Positions 34,486-34,764 of a DNA stretch of 34,764 nucleotides are shown here, piece by piece (positions within the stretch are counted from its first letter, which is position 1; the number at the start of each line of letters is the position of its first letter). The notes beneath the pieces are model-generated. The model saw nothing but the letters and a program-made list of their open reading frames with translations. It had not been told where the DNA came from and made no database searches. The stretch is from positions 1-34,764 of the IMG/VR virus record IMGVR_UViG_3300027835_000014; one strand, written 5' to 3'. The DNA is from a virus (taxonomy: Duplodnaviria > Caudoviricetes). The position numbers were made by a program, and so were the translations under genes.

Positions 34486-34637
34486 AATGTTATTTGTGTA
34501 ATTTCTGCTTTTATTTTTGTCACAACTTCGCGTAATTCTGCTTTGTCTGGCTTGGGGTATTCCTGTAGTACTTTGTCTTTTTCCCAGTAGTTGTATATCC
34601 GGTCAGCAGTCGTTGCTGGGTGTACTAACATAAATAA
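34482..34637 (-). pseudogene. 3' remnant of a phage gene interrupted by an IS
   Basis: Start-less open frame IYVSTHPATTADRIYNYWEK...QITL* with ATGA coupling to the next gene; begins at the IS end. Confidence 0.55.
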
Positions 34638-34764
34638 GGGTCTATTGTCAATAAGGAACGAGATTTTCCTTTCTATGGGATAAAAGTAATGTTATAAGTT
34701 TTTCAACTATCTCATCAAATGAGAGAGTTCTATTGTTATAACGAAACTCCATTTCTTTTATATA
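34638..34764 (-). mobile_element. Right end of an IS1595-family element (transposase C-terminus at 34648-34764)
   Basis: YIKEMEFRYNNR...VPY* matches the IS1595 E-x-x-F-R-x-N-x-R motif; putative terminal IR starts GGGTCTATTGTC at 34638. Confidence 0.7.

Larger units (their letters stand above)
6030..34764. mobile_element. Siphoviral (HK97-fold) prophage, continuing beyond the window
   Basis: Integrase next to the ftsZ-tail junction; terminase-portal-protease-capsid-neck-tail-lysis synteny on the minus strand. Left boundary is approximate. Confidence 0.9.

Overview
The window holds two mobile elements stacked in tandem at what looks like the 3' end of the cell-division gene ftsZ. (1) A 5.9-kb integrative island (89-6015) is bounded by an 11-bp direct repeat, AATGCGGGGAT. 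It carries a tyrosine integrase, XRE and RHH regulators, a small rep-like gene with palindromic repeats, and defence-type cargo (an Mrr-like nuclease plus a partner). (2) The left ~28.7 kb of an HK97-fold siphoviral prophage runs from ~6030 beyond the window end: integrase, GT-C moron, lysis, tail, head and terminase modules, with an IS1595-family end at the far right. Both junctions carry orphan copies of the FtsZ C-terminal peptide on the minus strand (IPAFLRQRN* at 70-99; DDWDIPAFLRQRN* at 5986-6027), synonymously recoded relative to each other. The phage late region is split into at least 11 units, each headed by a non-canonical promoter-like motif, T(G/A)TATAA(G/A/C)-N18-TAnAAT, usually 6-11 nt before the ATG. 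Host identity cannot be determined here; gene style weakly suggests Patescibacteria (Microgenomates-like). All calls come from motif reading; no searches were run.
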